From Hydrurus foetidus (Eukaryota): a stretch of DNA of 64,000 bases. The position numbers and the translations under genes are program-made. The notes beneath the pieces are model-generated. The model worked only from the letters and a program-made list of their open reading frames with translations, was not told where the DNA came from and ran no database searches. Location of the stretch: the NCBI GenBank assembly GCA_900617105.1, contig UYFQ01000004.1:248001-312000 (forward strand), given 5' to 3'. Within the stretch, counting starts at the first letter, position 1; the number at the start of each line of letters is the position of its first letter. Below, piece by piece: positions 19,656 to 29,055 of this stretch.

Positions 19656-20468
19656 ATGACCTACCGCCCCACCACCACCGACATGCAGCAATTGCTCAGC
19701 ATCATCGAGAAGCTGGGGCAGGGTATGGATTCGCGCTCACTACGCCAGTCGATTGCCGATGAGGTGCTGCGCCTGACCCGAGCCGACATGCTGGCCTCCT
19801 TTGCTTGGAACGATATGGCGCAGCAGTTTGAAGATGCCGCGTTCGTCAACATGTCATCGACCAACCTGGCACGCTACCAGGCCCATTTCCAGTACTGCGA
19901 CCCCATCACCTCTCTGCTGCAACTGCGGCGCAGCGCCACGCTGGTGAGTGAGGTCATGCCGCAAGTGGACTTGGAGAAGACCGAGTTTTACAACGATTTT
20001 TTGCGCGCAGATGGCCTCAAATGGGGCATCAATCTCTACGCCTACGATGGCAGCCTGAACATTGGCGACCTGCGGATTTGGCGCGGTGTGACGCGTCAGC
20101 CTTTTGGCGAGCGTGAGGTAGCGTTGCTGGACATGCTCAAGCCACACTTCACCAACGCCCTGGTCAACGCCCGCTGCGTGTCCGCGTTGCGGCGCAAAGG
20201 GCCAAACCCGCTCAACACCCGGCAGGTCATTGATCGCCATTGGGTGCGCCAGCATTTTGCCCTGACCCCCAAAGAAGCCGACATGTGCCTGTGGGTCTTG
20301 CGCGGCTTAAGCGATCAGGCCATTGCCGACCAAGCATTTTTGAGCATCTGGACGGTACGTGCGCATGTGAAAAGCATTTTTGCCAAACTGAACGTGGCCG
20401 GCCGCAGCGAACTCACCCACGCCATCACCAGCAGGATTGCAGAGATTCAGGTCGCACCCGCCCACTGA
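19656..20468 (+). CDS. LuxR-type HTH regulator with N-terminal sensor domain
   Basis: C-terminal LTPKE...TVRAHVKSIFAKLNV; divergent from the amidase. Confidence 0.88.
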   Translation: MTYRPTTTDMQQLLSIIEKLGQGMDSRSLRQSIADEVLRLTRADMLASFAWNDMAQQFEDAAFVNMSSTNLARYQAHFQYCDPITSLLQLRRSATLVSEVMPQVDLEKTEFYNDFLRADGLKWGINLYAYDGSLNIGDLRIWRGVTRQPFGEREVALLDMLKPHFTNALVNARCVSALRRKGPNPLNTRQVIDRHWVRQHFALTPKEADMCLWVLRGLSDQAIADQAFLSIWTVRAHVKSIFAKLNVAGRSELTHAITSRIAEIQVAPAH

Positions 20469-20497
20469 AGCGAAACGAGGCCCACTGCGGTAAAAAA

Positions 20498-20947
20498 CTA
20501 CGGCAAAGGCAACACCACCACCGGCTTGCCCTGCATCCGGTGCGAGCGCCCCCGGAACACCGCCACCTGCACGCCGTTCTGGTCGCAGACCGTCACATCA
20601 TAAATACCGGTGCGCCCTTTTTGACTGACCTCTACCGCGCTGGCGGTCAGCACATCGCCGCCGCGCGCCGGGGCGATGAAGTCGATGCCCAGCGACGAGG
20701 CCACGGTGAGTTCGTTGTAGGAATTGCAGGCGAACGCGAACGCCGAATCGGCCAACAGCGTGAGGTAGCCGCCGTGGCAAATGTCAAAGCCGTTGAGCAT
20801 GTCGTCGCGCACCGTCATCGTCAGTGTGGCGTGGCCGGGGCTGATGTGGGTCACGCGCAGGCCCAGACCTTGGGAGGCGCGGTCTTTCGCCATCATGCCG
20901 GTGGCGACGGCTTCGGCAATGTCTTGGGGTGTCCGTAGTGCATCCAT
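20498..20947 (-). CDS. paaI: Hydroxyphenylacetyl-CoA thioesterase
   Basis: NGFDICHGG, ADSAFAFACNS hotdog fold; end of paa operon. Confidence 0.93.
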   Translation of the reverse strand: MDALRTPQDIAEAVATGMMAKDRASQGLGLRVTHISPGHATLTMTVRDDMLNGFDICHGGYLTLLADSAFAFACNSYNELTVASSLGIDFIAPARGGDVLTASAVEVSQKGRTGIYDVTVCDQNGVQVAVFRGRSHRMQGKPVVVLPLP

Positions 20948-20996
20948 TGTGTTGTCCTTGTTTCCTTGGTCATGAAGAGCGGAAGAGCTTTACTTG

Positions 20997-21725
20997 CTAC
21001 ATGCCCAAATACGCTTGCCTGATTTTTTCATCCTTCAGCAGCACGCGCCCTGGCCCTGCCATGACGATGCGGCCCAGCTCCATCACATAACCCTGGTCAG
21101 CAATCGACAGCGCGGCGCGGGCGTTTTGCTCCACCACCAGGATGGTGATGCCCTGGTCACGCAGTTTTTGGATTAATCTGAAAATGTCCTGCACGATGAG
21201 GGGCGCGAGGCCCATGCTGGGTTCGTCCAGCAGCAAGAGCTGGGGTTTGGCCATCAGCGCGCGGGCCATCGCCAGCATTTGCTGCTGGCCACCAGAGAGC
21301 GTGCCGGCAGGCAAATCGCGCTTCTCATGCAGGATGGGGAACAGCGCATACATGGCGGCAAGACTCTCGGCCAGCTCAGCTTTGTCGCGGGTGAAGCCGC
21401 CCAGCCCCAGGTTGTCGGCCACGCTCATCGGGGCAAAGACTTGGCGGCCTTCGGGGACTTGGCTGATACCGGCACGCACCCGTTGGCTGGCCACCGTGCG
21501 GCTCAGGTCGTGCTGCTGGAATTCAATGCGGCCTGCGCTGATGGGTTGCACGCCGGAGATAGCCCGCAGCAGCGTGGTTTTGCCCGCGCCATTGGCCCCC
21601 ACCAGCGCGACGAGTTGGCCGGGCATGACGGCCAAGTCAACGCTGTGCAGCGCCTGGATGCGGCCATAGTGGCTGCTGAGGGTGCTGACTTGCAGCAAGG
21701 CGGTTGCGGTTTCGGTTGCGCTCAT
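20997..21725 (-). CDS. ABC transporter ATP-binding protein (LivF-like)
   Basis: GANGAGKTT, LSGGQQQ, DEPSMGLAP. Confidence 0.93.
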   Translation of the reverse strand: MSATETATALLQVSTLSSHYGRIQALHSVDLAVMPGQLVALVGANGAGKTTLLRAISGVQPISAGRIEFQQHDLSRTVASQRVRAGISQVPEGRQVFAPMSVADNLGLGGFTRDKAELAESLAAMYALFPILHEKRDLPAGTLSGGQQQMLAMARALMAKPQLLLLDEPSMGLAPLIVQDIFRLIQKLRDQGITILVVEQNARAALSIADQGYVMELGRIVMAGPGRVLLKDEKIRQAYLGM

Positions 21726-22501
21726 GCTACGGCCTCCTCTTCCAGCTCTGCGCCCAGGTAGGCTGCAATCACAGCGGGGTTTTCACGTACTTCAGCGGGC
21801 GTGCCTTCGGCCAGTTTTTTGCCGTGATCCAGCACGGTGATGCAGTCGGAAATACCCATCACCAGCGGCATGTCGTGCTCCACCAGCAGCACCGTCAGAC
21901 CGGCATCGGCGAGGCGGCGGATGAGCTGGCCTACCTCGGCGGTTTCGGTCGGGTTCAGCCCGGCGGCGGGTTCGTCCATCAGCAGCATCTTGGGGCGCGT
22001 CATCAGGGCACGGGCAATTTCCAGGCGCTTCAAGGCACCGTAAGGCATCTGGCTGGCTTGGGCGTCGGCAAAATCCGACACACCCACTTGCGCCATTGCG
22101 GCCAGCGCTTCGGCACGGCAAATGCGGTCAGCGGCACGCAGGCCGGGCAAGCTCAGCAAGCCGGCCAGCAGACTGGTGTTTTGCCGCAAATGGGCACCGA
22201 CCATCACGTTCTCGATAGCGCTCATGTTCATGCAGACTTGCAGATTCTGAAAAGTACGCGCCATGCCCAGGGCGGGCAGTTTTTGCGGAGCCATGCCCGT
22301 GATGTCCTGATCTGCGAAACGCACCGTGCCCGAGGTGGGTGTGTACATGCCGGTGATGAGGTTAATGAGCGTGGTCTTGCCTGCGCCATTCGGGCCGATC
22401 AGCGAATGCACGGTGCCGGGGCGCACGTTGAAGCTGACCGCGCTGACGGCGTGCAGACCACCAAAAACTTTGGTGAGCGTGTTGATTTCCAACAGGTTCA
22501 T
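21722..22501 (-). CDS. ABC transporter ATP-binding protein (LivG-like)
   Basis: GPNGAGKTT, RTFQN, DEPAAGLN, VEHDM. Confidence 0.93.
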   Translation of the reverse strand: MNLLEINTLTKVFGGLHAVSAVSFNVRPGTVHSLIGPNGAGKTTLINLITGMYTPTSGTVRFADQDITGMAPQKLPALGMARTFQNLQVCMNMSAIENVMVGAHLRQNTSLLAGLLSLPGLRAADRICRAEALAAMAQVGVSDFADAQASQMPYGALKRLEIARALMTRPKMLLMDEPAAGLNPTETAEVGQLIRRLADAGLTVLLVEHDMPLVMGISDCITVLDHGKKLAEGTPAEVRENPAVIAAYLGAELEEEAVA

Positions 22502-23439
22502 GCCTTGCTCCGGTTCAGTTTGGCCCGCAATGTCGGCACCACGCCTTTGGGCAAGAAAATCATGCTTCCCATCAAAATCAGGCCAAACACCACGGTCTCC
22601 CAGCCTTCTAGCGACGACAGCAACTGCGGCAGCAATGTCAACACCACAGCCCCCACGATGGCCCCGAACACCGAGGCCATACCACCCAGCACCACCATCG
22701 TCACCAGTTCGATCGAATGATGAAAACCCGCGATACCGGGCGTGATGAAGCCCACGTAATGCGCACTCAAGCTGCCCATCACGCTGGCGATGACGGCGGA
22801 CAGCACAAACACGCGCACCTTCATCGCCGTCACGTCGATACCCACCGCGAACGAAGCGATTTCTGAGCCGTGTATGGCTTGCAGCGCACGGCCACCGGGC
22901 GCGTTGATGAGGTTGAGGGCGGCAAAGGCCATCAGCAGCAAGGCGCTGGCGCTGACGGCATACCAGGCTCTGTCACCACTGATTTCCCAGCCCCACAGCG
23001 CGAACGCAGGCACCGCCATGCCGTCTGGCCCGCCGGTGAATGCGGCCTCATTGGTCAGCACAATCATGGTGATGATGCCCAGGCCCAGCGTTGCCATCGC
23101 CAAATAGTGACCCTTGAGGCGCAGCACGGGGCGGGCTACCAGCAGCGCCAGCAGGCCCATCGCCACAGCCGCTGCCACCAGGGCGAGCGCAGGTGGCCAG
23201 CCGTAGCGCGAGGTCAGGATGGCCGTGGTGTAAGCCCCCAGGCCGAAGAAGCCCGCATGACCCAGGCTGATCTGACCGGTGTAGCCGATCAGCAAATTCA
23301 GACCGATGGCGACCACGGCGTTCATGGCGATGCGGATCGCTACGTCGTAGTAAAAGCTGTTGGGCAGCACCAACGGGAGGCACAACAGCACGGCGGCGAG
23401 CACCAGCAGGCCTCGCGTCGAGGAAGAAAGTGTGTTCAT
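22498..23439 (-). CDS. ABC transporter permease (LivM-like)
   Basis: GYTGQISLGHAGF, LRLKGHYLAMATL. Confidence 0.92.
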   Translation of the reverse strand: MNTLSSSTRGLLVLAAVLLCLPLVLPNSFYYDVAIRIAMNAVVAIGLNLLIGYTGQISLGHAGFFGLGAYTTAILTSRYGWPPALALVAAAVAMGLLALLVARPVLRLKGHYLAMATLGLGIITMIVLTNEAAFTGGPDGMAVPAFALWGWEISGDRAWYAVSASALLLMAFAALNLINAPGGRALQAIHGSEIASFAVGIDVTAMKVRVFVLSAVIASVMGSLSAHYVGFITPGIAGFHHSIELVTMVVLGGMASVFGAIVGAVVLTLLPQLLSSLEGWETVVFGLILMGSMIFLPKGVVPTLRAKLNRSKA

Positions 23440-23463
23440 GTAAAAAAGGGGGAAGGCGTTCGG

Positions 23464-24339
23464 TCAAACGCGGTCAATTGTTTTGGCACCGAACAAACCA
23501 CTGGGCATGAAAAAAAGCACCAGCAAAATCAGCACAAAGGGCATCGCATCCTTGTAGGCCGACGAGATGTAACCGGCCGTCATCGCTTCCAGCACACCCA
23601 GCAGCAAGCCACCCACCACCGCACCCAGGCCACTGCCCAAACCACCCAGCGTGGCCGCCACAAAGCCCTTGAGACCCAACATGATGCCCGCGTCATACGC
23701 GGTGTAGGTGATGGGCGCGACCAGCACGCCGCCCACCGCACCCAAAGCGCCAGACAGCACAAAGGACAGCAGCAGCACCTGCTTGGTGTTGATGCCCACC
23801 AGCTCCGCTGCCAGCTTGTTGTGCGAAGTCGCCAGCATGGCTTTGCCCATCGCCGTGCGGCCAAAGAACCAGCCCAAGCCCGCCACCACCACCGCCGCCA
23901 CACCCAGCACCCACAGGCTTTGCGGCAACAGCGTGGCCCCGCCGATCAGGAACGGGGTGTCGCCCGAAAACGCTGCCAGCGCGTGCGTGCCCTTGCCCAA
24001 CACCACCTGCACCAAACCGCGCACCACCAGCGACGCGCCGATGGTGATGATGATGAGCGGCACCACATCGGCCCTCCCCGCAGGTTCGATGGCGAATTTT
24101 TCCACCAAGGCCGCGACTGCAGCGGCCACCACCACGGCCAAGGCAATCGCCAGCGGCAAAGGCAGCCCCAAGCCCGCCAACGCCACCGCCGCCATACCCC
24201 CCAGCATGATGAACTCACCCTGGGCAAAGTTGATGACGCCACTGGCGTTGTAAATAATGGCAAAGCCCAAGGCCGCCAGCGCGTAGGTGGCCCCAATCGT
24301 CAGGCCAGAAAAGAGGAATTGCAGGAACGAGGCGAGCAT
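23464..24339 (-). CDS. ABC transporter permease (LivH-like)
   Basis: INFAQGE motif; hydrophobic. Confidence 0.92.
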   Translation of the reverse strand: MLASFLQFLFSGLTIGATYALAALGFAIIYNASGVINFAQGEFIMLGGMAAVALAGLGLPLPLAIALAVVVAAAVAALVEKFAIEPAGRADVVPLIIITIGASLVVRGLVQVVLGKGTHALAAFSGDTPFLIGGATLLPQSLWVLGVAAVVVAGLGWFFGRTAMGKAMLATSHNKLAAELVGINTKQVLLLSFVLSGALGAVGGVLVAPITYTAYDAGIMLGLKGFVAATLGGLGSGLGAVVGGLLLGVLEAMTAGYISSAYKDAMPFVLILLVLFFMPSGLFGAKTIDRV

Positions 24340-24367
24340 GGGGATATCTCGGTGGATGTCAGAAAAA

Positions 24368-25519
24368 TTACTTCAGCAACACCCAGCTACCGTCTTTGAC
24401 TTCCACCATCCGAAAGGCCGACAGGTTCAGCCCCATGTGGTCGGTGGCGGACATGTTGAACTGGCCCGTGGTGCCCATGAAGCCCTTGGTCTTTTCAAGC
24501 GCATTGCGCACGGCTTCTTTGTCCGTACCGCCTGCGGTCTTGATGGCCTGCACACCCAAGCTCAATGCGTCCAGCGCATAGCCGCCGAAAGTGGAAGGCT
24601 CGTCCTTGTACTGCTTCCAGTAGGTGGCGGCGTAGCTGGTGACCAGCGGTCTTTGGGGGTCATTGGCCGCCAATGAATTGGCCACCAGCAGGGCCGGTGA
24701 AGGCAGGCGCACGCCCTCCGCCGCCTTGCCCGCCAGCTTGATGAACTCGTTCGACGCCACGCCGTGCGATTGGTAGAGCGGCAGCGTCATACCCAGTTGG
24801 GCGTAGTTTTTGGTGACCACCGCTGGGCCTTGGCCCAGACCGAACACGAACACCGCCTGCATCCCGGTGACGCCGCGCATCTTGGTCAGCTGCGCAGTCA
24901 TATCAGTGTCTTTGGGGCCGTAGGTTTCGTCCGCTACCAAGGTGATAGCGTACTTGGCAGCCACAGCGCGCGTCTCCTTCGCACCAGAGGCCCCAAAACC
25001 GCTGGTTTCACTGAGCAAGCCCACCTTGGTGAAGCCGCGTTGCTTCATGTCTTCAAACACTTTTTCAGCAGCCATGCGGTCGGTGTGCGGGGTTTTGAAA
25101 ATCCATTTTTTGACCGGTTCCACCACGACCACGGCACCCGAGAGCGAAATCAGCGGGATGCCGGCTTTCTCGACCAACGGGGCCATCGCCATCGTCGCGC
25201 CGGTCGTCGTGCCTGCGATCAGCAAATCCACCTTGTCGTCGTCCATCAGGCGCTTGGCAAAGCCGTTGGCTTTACCGGCTTCGGAGGCATCATCGTAATG
25301 CACCAGTTCGATCTTGCGGCCCAGCACGCCGCCCTCGGTGTTGATTTGGGCGATGTAGGTTTGCAGGGTTTTGAGCTGAGGGTCGCCCAGATAGCCTGCG
25401 GGGCCGGTGGTAGACAGCACAGCACCAATACGGATCGGGGCTTTGCTTTGGGCCAGGGCTGGCAGGGCGTGGCAGGCCAAGAGAGCCACAGCGAGGGTGG
25501 TCAGGGTACGTTTGTTCAT
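24368..25519 (-). CDS. ABC substrate-binding protein (branched-chain/aromatic acid family)
   Basis: Signal peptide, INTEGGVLGRKIELVHYDD; inside the paa operon, so probably phenylacetate uptake. Confidence 0.9.
   Translation of the reverse strand: MNKRTLTTLAVALLACHALPALAQSKAPIRIGAVLSTTGPAGYLGDPQLKTLQTYIAQINTEGGVLGRKIELVHYDDASEAGKANGFAKRLMDDDKVDLLIAGTTTGATMAMAPLVEKAGIPLISLSGAVVVVEPVKKWIFKTPHTDRMAAEKVFEDMKQRGFTKVGLLSETSGFGASGAKETRAVAAKYAITLVADETYGPKDTDMTAQLTKMRGVTGMQAVFVFGLGQGPAVVTKNYAQLGMTLPLYQSHGVASNEFIKLAGKAAEGVRLPSPALLVANSLAANDPQRPLVTSYAATYWKQYKDEPSTFGGYALDALSLGVQAIKTAGGTDKEAVRNALEKTKGFMGTTGQFNMSATDHMGLNLSAFRMVEVKDGSWVLLK
24933..24980 (+). repeat. Dispersed ~48-bp motif copy (in ABC binding-protein gene)
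   Basis: GCTACCAAGGTGATAGC-GTACTTGGCA-GCCACAGCGC-GCGTCTCCTT-C. Confidence 0.55.
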
Positions 25520-25568
25520 GTTTGTCTCCGGTATCGTGTTTGAAAAATCGAAATGAAAGGACTGAAGA

Positions 25569-26774
25569 TCAGACCCGCTCTATCACCAGCGCAATGCCTT
25601 GGCCGACACCCACGCACATGGTGCACAGCGCGTAGCGACCTTGGCGGCGTTGCAATTCGTGCAGCGCGGTGGTCACCAAGCGCGCCCCGCTCATGCCCAG
25701 CGGGTGGCCGATGGCAATCGCGCCGCCGTTGGGGTTGACGTGGGGGGCGTTATCGGGCAAACCCAATTGGCGCAGCACGGCAAGCGACTGGGCGGCAAAG
25801 GCTTCGTTCAGTTCGATGACATCCATCTGTGCCAGCGTCAAGCCAGTGATAGCAAGCACACGCTGCACCGCATCGACCGGGCCAATGCCCATGATGCGCG
25901 GCGCGACACCGGCACTGGCGCAGGCCAGCACACGGGCCAACGGTTTCAAGCCGTGGCGGGTGGCTGCGGTTTGCGAGGCCAGCAGCAGCGCACAAGCGCC
26001 ATCGTTCACGCCGGAGGCATTGCCTGCGGTGACGCTGCCATCGGGCCGCACCACGCCTTTGAGCTTGGCAAGCGACTCCAGCGTGGTCTCTGGACGCGGA
26101 TGCTCGTCGGTACTGAACAGCTTGGGCTCGCCCTTTTTCTGCGGCAATTCCACAGGCACGATTTCGCTGGCAAAGCGCCCTGCGGCCTGGGCAGCACCCC
26201 AACGGCGTTGGCTCTCCACGGTGAAGGCATCTTGGTCGGCGCGGGAGATATTGAAGTCGGTAGCAACGTTTTCCGCCGTCTCAGGCATGGAGTCGATGCC
26301 GAACTGTTTTTTCATCGCCGGGTTGACGAAACGCCAGCCTATGGTGGTGTCGTATACCGCGTTGTTGCGGCTGAAAGCGCTGTCCATCTTGGGCATCACA
26401 AAGGGGGCGCGGCTCATGCTCTCGACCCCACCGGCAATCATCAATTGCGCATCCCCACTGCGGATGGCGCGGGCCGCCATGCCCACCGCATCCAGGCTGG
26501 AGCCGCACAAGCGGTTCACCGTGCTACCAGGGACGGACAGGGGCAAACCGGCCAACAACCCCGCCATGCGGGCAACGTTGCGGTTGTCCTCGCCGGCTTG
26601 GTTAGCACAGCCGTAGAGGATGTCCTCCACCTCGGCCCATTGCACATCGGGGTTGCGGGCCATCAAGGCACGCAAGGGAAGAGCGGCGAGATCGTCGGCA
26701 CGCACCCCGCTCAGGGCACCGCCGTAGCGCCCCACGGGGGTACGGACAGCATCGCAAATGAAAGCATCGGACAT
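25569..26774 (-). CDS. paaJ: 3-oxoadipyl-CoA/3-oxo-5,6-dehydrosuberyl-CoA thiolase (PaaJ/PcaF)
   Basis: [34 protein letters not shown]. Confidence 0.92.
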   Translation of the reverse strand: MSDAFICDAVRTPVGRYGGALSGVRADDLAALPLRALMARNPDVQWAEVEDILYGCANQAGEDNRNVARMAGLLAGLPLSVPGSTVNRLCGSSLDAVGMAARAIRSGDAQLMIAGGVESMSRAPFVMPKMDSAFSRNNAVYDTTIGWRFVNPAMKKQFGIDSMPETAENVATDFNISRADQDAFTVESQRRWGAAQAAGRFASEIVPVELPQKKGEPKLFSTDEHPRPETTLESLAKLKGVVRPDGSVTAGNASGVNDGACALLLASQTAATRHGLKPLARVLACASAGVAPRIMGIGPVDAVQRVLAITGLTLAQMDVIELNEAFAAQSLAVLRQLGLPDNAPHVNPNGGAIAIGHPLGMSGARLVTTALHELQRRQGRYALCTMCVGVGQGIALVIERV

Positions 26775-26807
26775 GGGGTTCTCCTGAAATGAAAGTGTTC
26801 TGCGGTT

Positions 26808-28151
26808 TTAAGCTTTGGGCCGCTTGTCGATCACACGGCGCGATTTGCCGGTTTGCGTGCGCTCGATCGATCCCGGCGGCAGCACACTGACCCGGGTGCT
26901 GATGCCCACCATGGTTTTGATGCGCTGCTGCAACCAGCGGCTGATGTCGGCCACCTCGTTCGCGGGCATGGTGGCATCGTGGGGTTGGAGTTCAGCCAGC
27001 ACCTCCACCTCGTCCATCGTGCCATCGCGGCTCACCAGCATTTGGTACAGCGGCGAGAGCTTGCCGTGCTTGAGCACCAGCTCTTCAATCTGCGTGGGGA
27101 ACACGTTCACGCCCCGGATGATGAGCATGTCGTCCGAGCGACCCACGATCTTGCCTATGCGGCGAAAGCTGCGAGACGTGGGCGGCAGTAGGCGCGTCAA
27201 GTCCCGCGTGCGGTAACGGATCACGGGGAAGGCCTCTTTGGTCAGCGAGGTGAACACCAGCTCGCCCTCCTCGCCATCGGCCACCAACTCGCCGGTGTCG
27301 GGGTTGATGATTTCGGGGTAGAAATGGTCTTCCCAAATGACAGGGCCGTCTTTGGACTCGATGCACTCGCTGGCCACGCCCGGCCCCATGACTTCGGAGA
27401 GGCCGTAAATGTCCACCGCATCGATCCCTGCGCTGAGCTCGATCTCGCGGCGCATGGATTCCGTCCACGGCTCAGCCCCGAAGATGCCGATCTTGAGCGA
27501 GCTGCTGCGCGGGTCAATGCCCTGCTTCACAAACTCTTCGATGATGACCTGCATGTACGAAGGTGTAACCATGATGATTTTGGGTTTGAAATCCTGAATC
27601 AACTGGACTTGCTTTTCGGTTTGCCCGCCGCTCATGGGGATCACCGTGCAACCCAGGCGCTCCGCACCGTAGTGCGCACCCAAGCCCCCCGTGAAGAGGC
27701 CGTAGCCATAGGCAATCTGAATCATGTCGCCCCGGCGGCCCCCCGCCGCGCGGATGGAGCGGGCCACCAGATCGGCCCAGTGACTGATGTCATTCGCGGT
27801 GTAGCCCACCACCGTGGGCTTGCCCGTGGTGCCGGACGAAGCGTGAATGCGCACCACTTGCTCTTGGGGCACAGCGAACAGGCCAAAGGGGTATTTGTCG
27901 CGCAAGTCTTTTTTGGTGGTGAACGGAAATTTTGCCAAATCAGCCATGGTTTTCAAATCCTCGGGGTGAACACCGTGGTCGTCAAAGGCTTTGCGGTAGT
28001 GCGGCACGTTGGCGTAGACGTTGTGCAGCGTGGCTTTGAGACGCTGGAGTTGCAGCGCGGTGATTTCGTCGCGGCTGGCTTTCTCGATGGGGTCGAGCAG
28101 ATCCGTCGGCGTGCTGTGGTGGGTAGTGTGGATGGTGGTGGGGGCGGTCAT
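26808..28151 (-). CDS. paaK: Phenylacetate--CoA ligase
   Basis: SSGTTGKPT, DIYGLSE, YRTRD. Confidence 0.96.
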   Translation of the reverse strand: MTAPTTIHTTHHSTPTDLLDPIEKASRDEITALQLQRLKATLHNVYANVPHYRKAFDDHGVHPEDLKTMADLAKFPFTTKKDLRDKYPFGLFAVPQEQVVRIHASSGTTGKPTVVGYTANDISHWADLVARSIRAAGGRRGDMIQIAYGYGLFTGGLGAHYGAERLGCTVIPMSGGQTEKQVQLIQDFKPKIIMVTPSYMQVIIEEFVKQGIDPRSSSLKIGIFGAEPWTESMRREIELSAGIDAVDIYGLSEVMGPGVASECIESKDGPVIWEDHFYPEIINPDTGELVADGEEGELVFTSLTKEAFPVIRYRTRDLTRLLPPTSRSFRRIGKIVGRSDDMLIIRGVNVFPTQIEELVLKHGKLSPLYQMLVSRDGTMDEVEVLAELQPHDATMPANEVADISRWLQQRIKTMVGISTRVSVLPPGSIERTQTGKSRRVIDKRPKA

Positions 28152-28164
28152 TTTCTTGTCTCCT

Positions 28165-28212
28165 GCTACAAATATGAGAGCTGGTGTAGCTTACTGGGCC
28201 TGCTTAAACGGC
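28165..28212 (+). repeat. Dispersed ~48-bp motif copy (paaG-paaK intergenic)
   Basis: GCTACAAATATGAGAGC-TGGTGTAGCT-TACTGGGCCT-GCTTAAACGG-C. Confidence 0.7.
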
Positions 28213-28222
28213 TATAACTGCG

Positions 28223-29014
28223 TTATTTACCCTGAAACTGGGGCTTTCGCTTGCCCATGAAGGCGCTCACGCCCTCGGCGTAGTCGTGCGAGTAGCCCAG
28301 TTCGCGCTGGGCATCACGTTCACGGTCAAGCTGTGCGTCCAGTGTGCTGGTGGCGGCAGCGTCTATCGCCTGTTTAGTACGGGCAAAACCCAGCGTGGGG
28401 CCAGCGGCTAATTTGAGAGCGAGGGCGGTGACCTCGGCCTCGAAATCGGCGGCGGGCAGGCATTTCCAGATCAGCCCCCATTCCGCAGCTTGGGTGGCGC
28501 TGAGCGTATCCCCCAGCAGCGCCAGCCCCATCGCCCGAGCGCGGCCTACCAGCTGAGGCAAAAACCAAGTGCCACCGGCATCGGGCACCAGACCCAGGTT
28601 GCAAAACGGCTGGATGAACTTGGCAGTTTCCACCGCCACCACGATGTCGCAAGCCAGCGCAATGTTGGCCCCTGCCCCAGCGGCCACGCCGTTGACAGCG
28701 CACACCACGGGCTTGGGCATGGCCCGCAAGCGGCGGATCAGTGGGCCGTAGTATTTTTCAATCGACTCGCCCAAATCAGGCTTCGTATCGCCTCCGGACA
28801 CCGCCCTGTCGCCCAGGTCTTGCCCGGCGCAAAAGCCCCGGCCTGCGCCTGTCAGCACCAAAGCCCGCACCGCCGGGTCAGCAGCAGCAGCGTCCAGCGC
28901 GGCATGGACTTCGAGGTGCATTGCCACGGTGAAGCTGTTGAGCTTGTCCGGGCGGTTCAAGGTGAGGCGGGCAAGGCCGTCCTCGACGGTGTACAGGATG
29001 TTGTCGTAAGTCAT
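28223..29014 (-). CDS. paaG: 2-(1,2-epoxy-1,2-dihydrophenyl)acetyl-CoA isomerase
   Basis: Crotonase fold FCAGQDL, AAGAGANIALACD. Confidence 0.92.
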   Translation of the reverse strand: MTYDNILYTVEDGLARLTLNRPDKLNSFTVAMHLEVHAALDAAAADPAVRALVLTGAGRGFCAGQDLGDRAVSGGDTKPDLGESIEKYYGPLIRRLRAMPKPVVCAVNGVAAGAGANIALACDIVVAVETAKFIQPFCNLGLVPDAGGTWFLPQLVGRARAMGLALLGDTLSATQAAEWGLIWKCLPAADFEAEVTALALKLAAGPTLGFARTKQAIDAAATSTLDAQLDRERDAQRELGYSHDYAEGVSAFMGKRKPQFQGK

Positions 29015-29055
29015 GGTCGTTCCTTTCAACGCTTTTCGTCGCTTAGTTTCACCGC

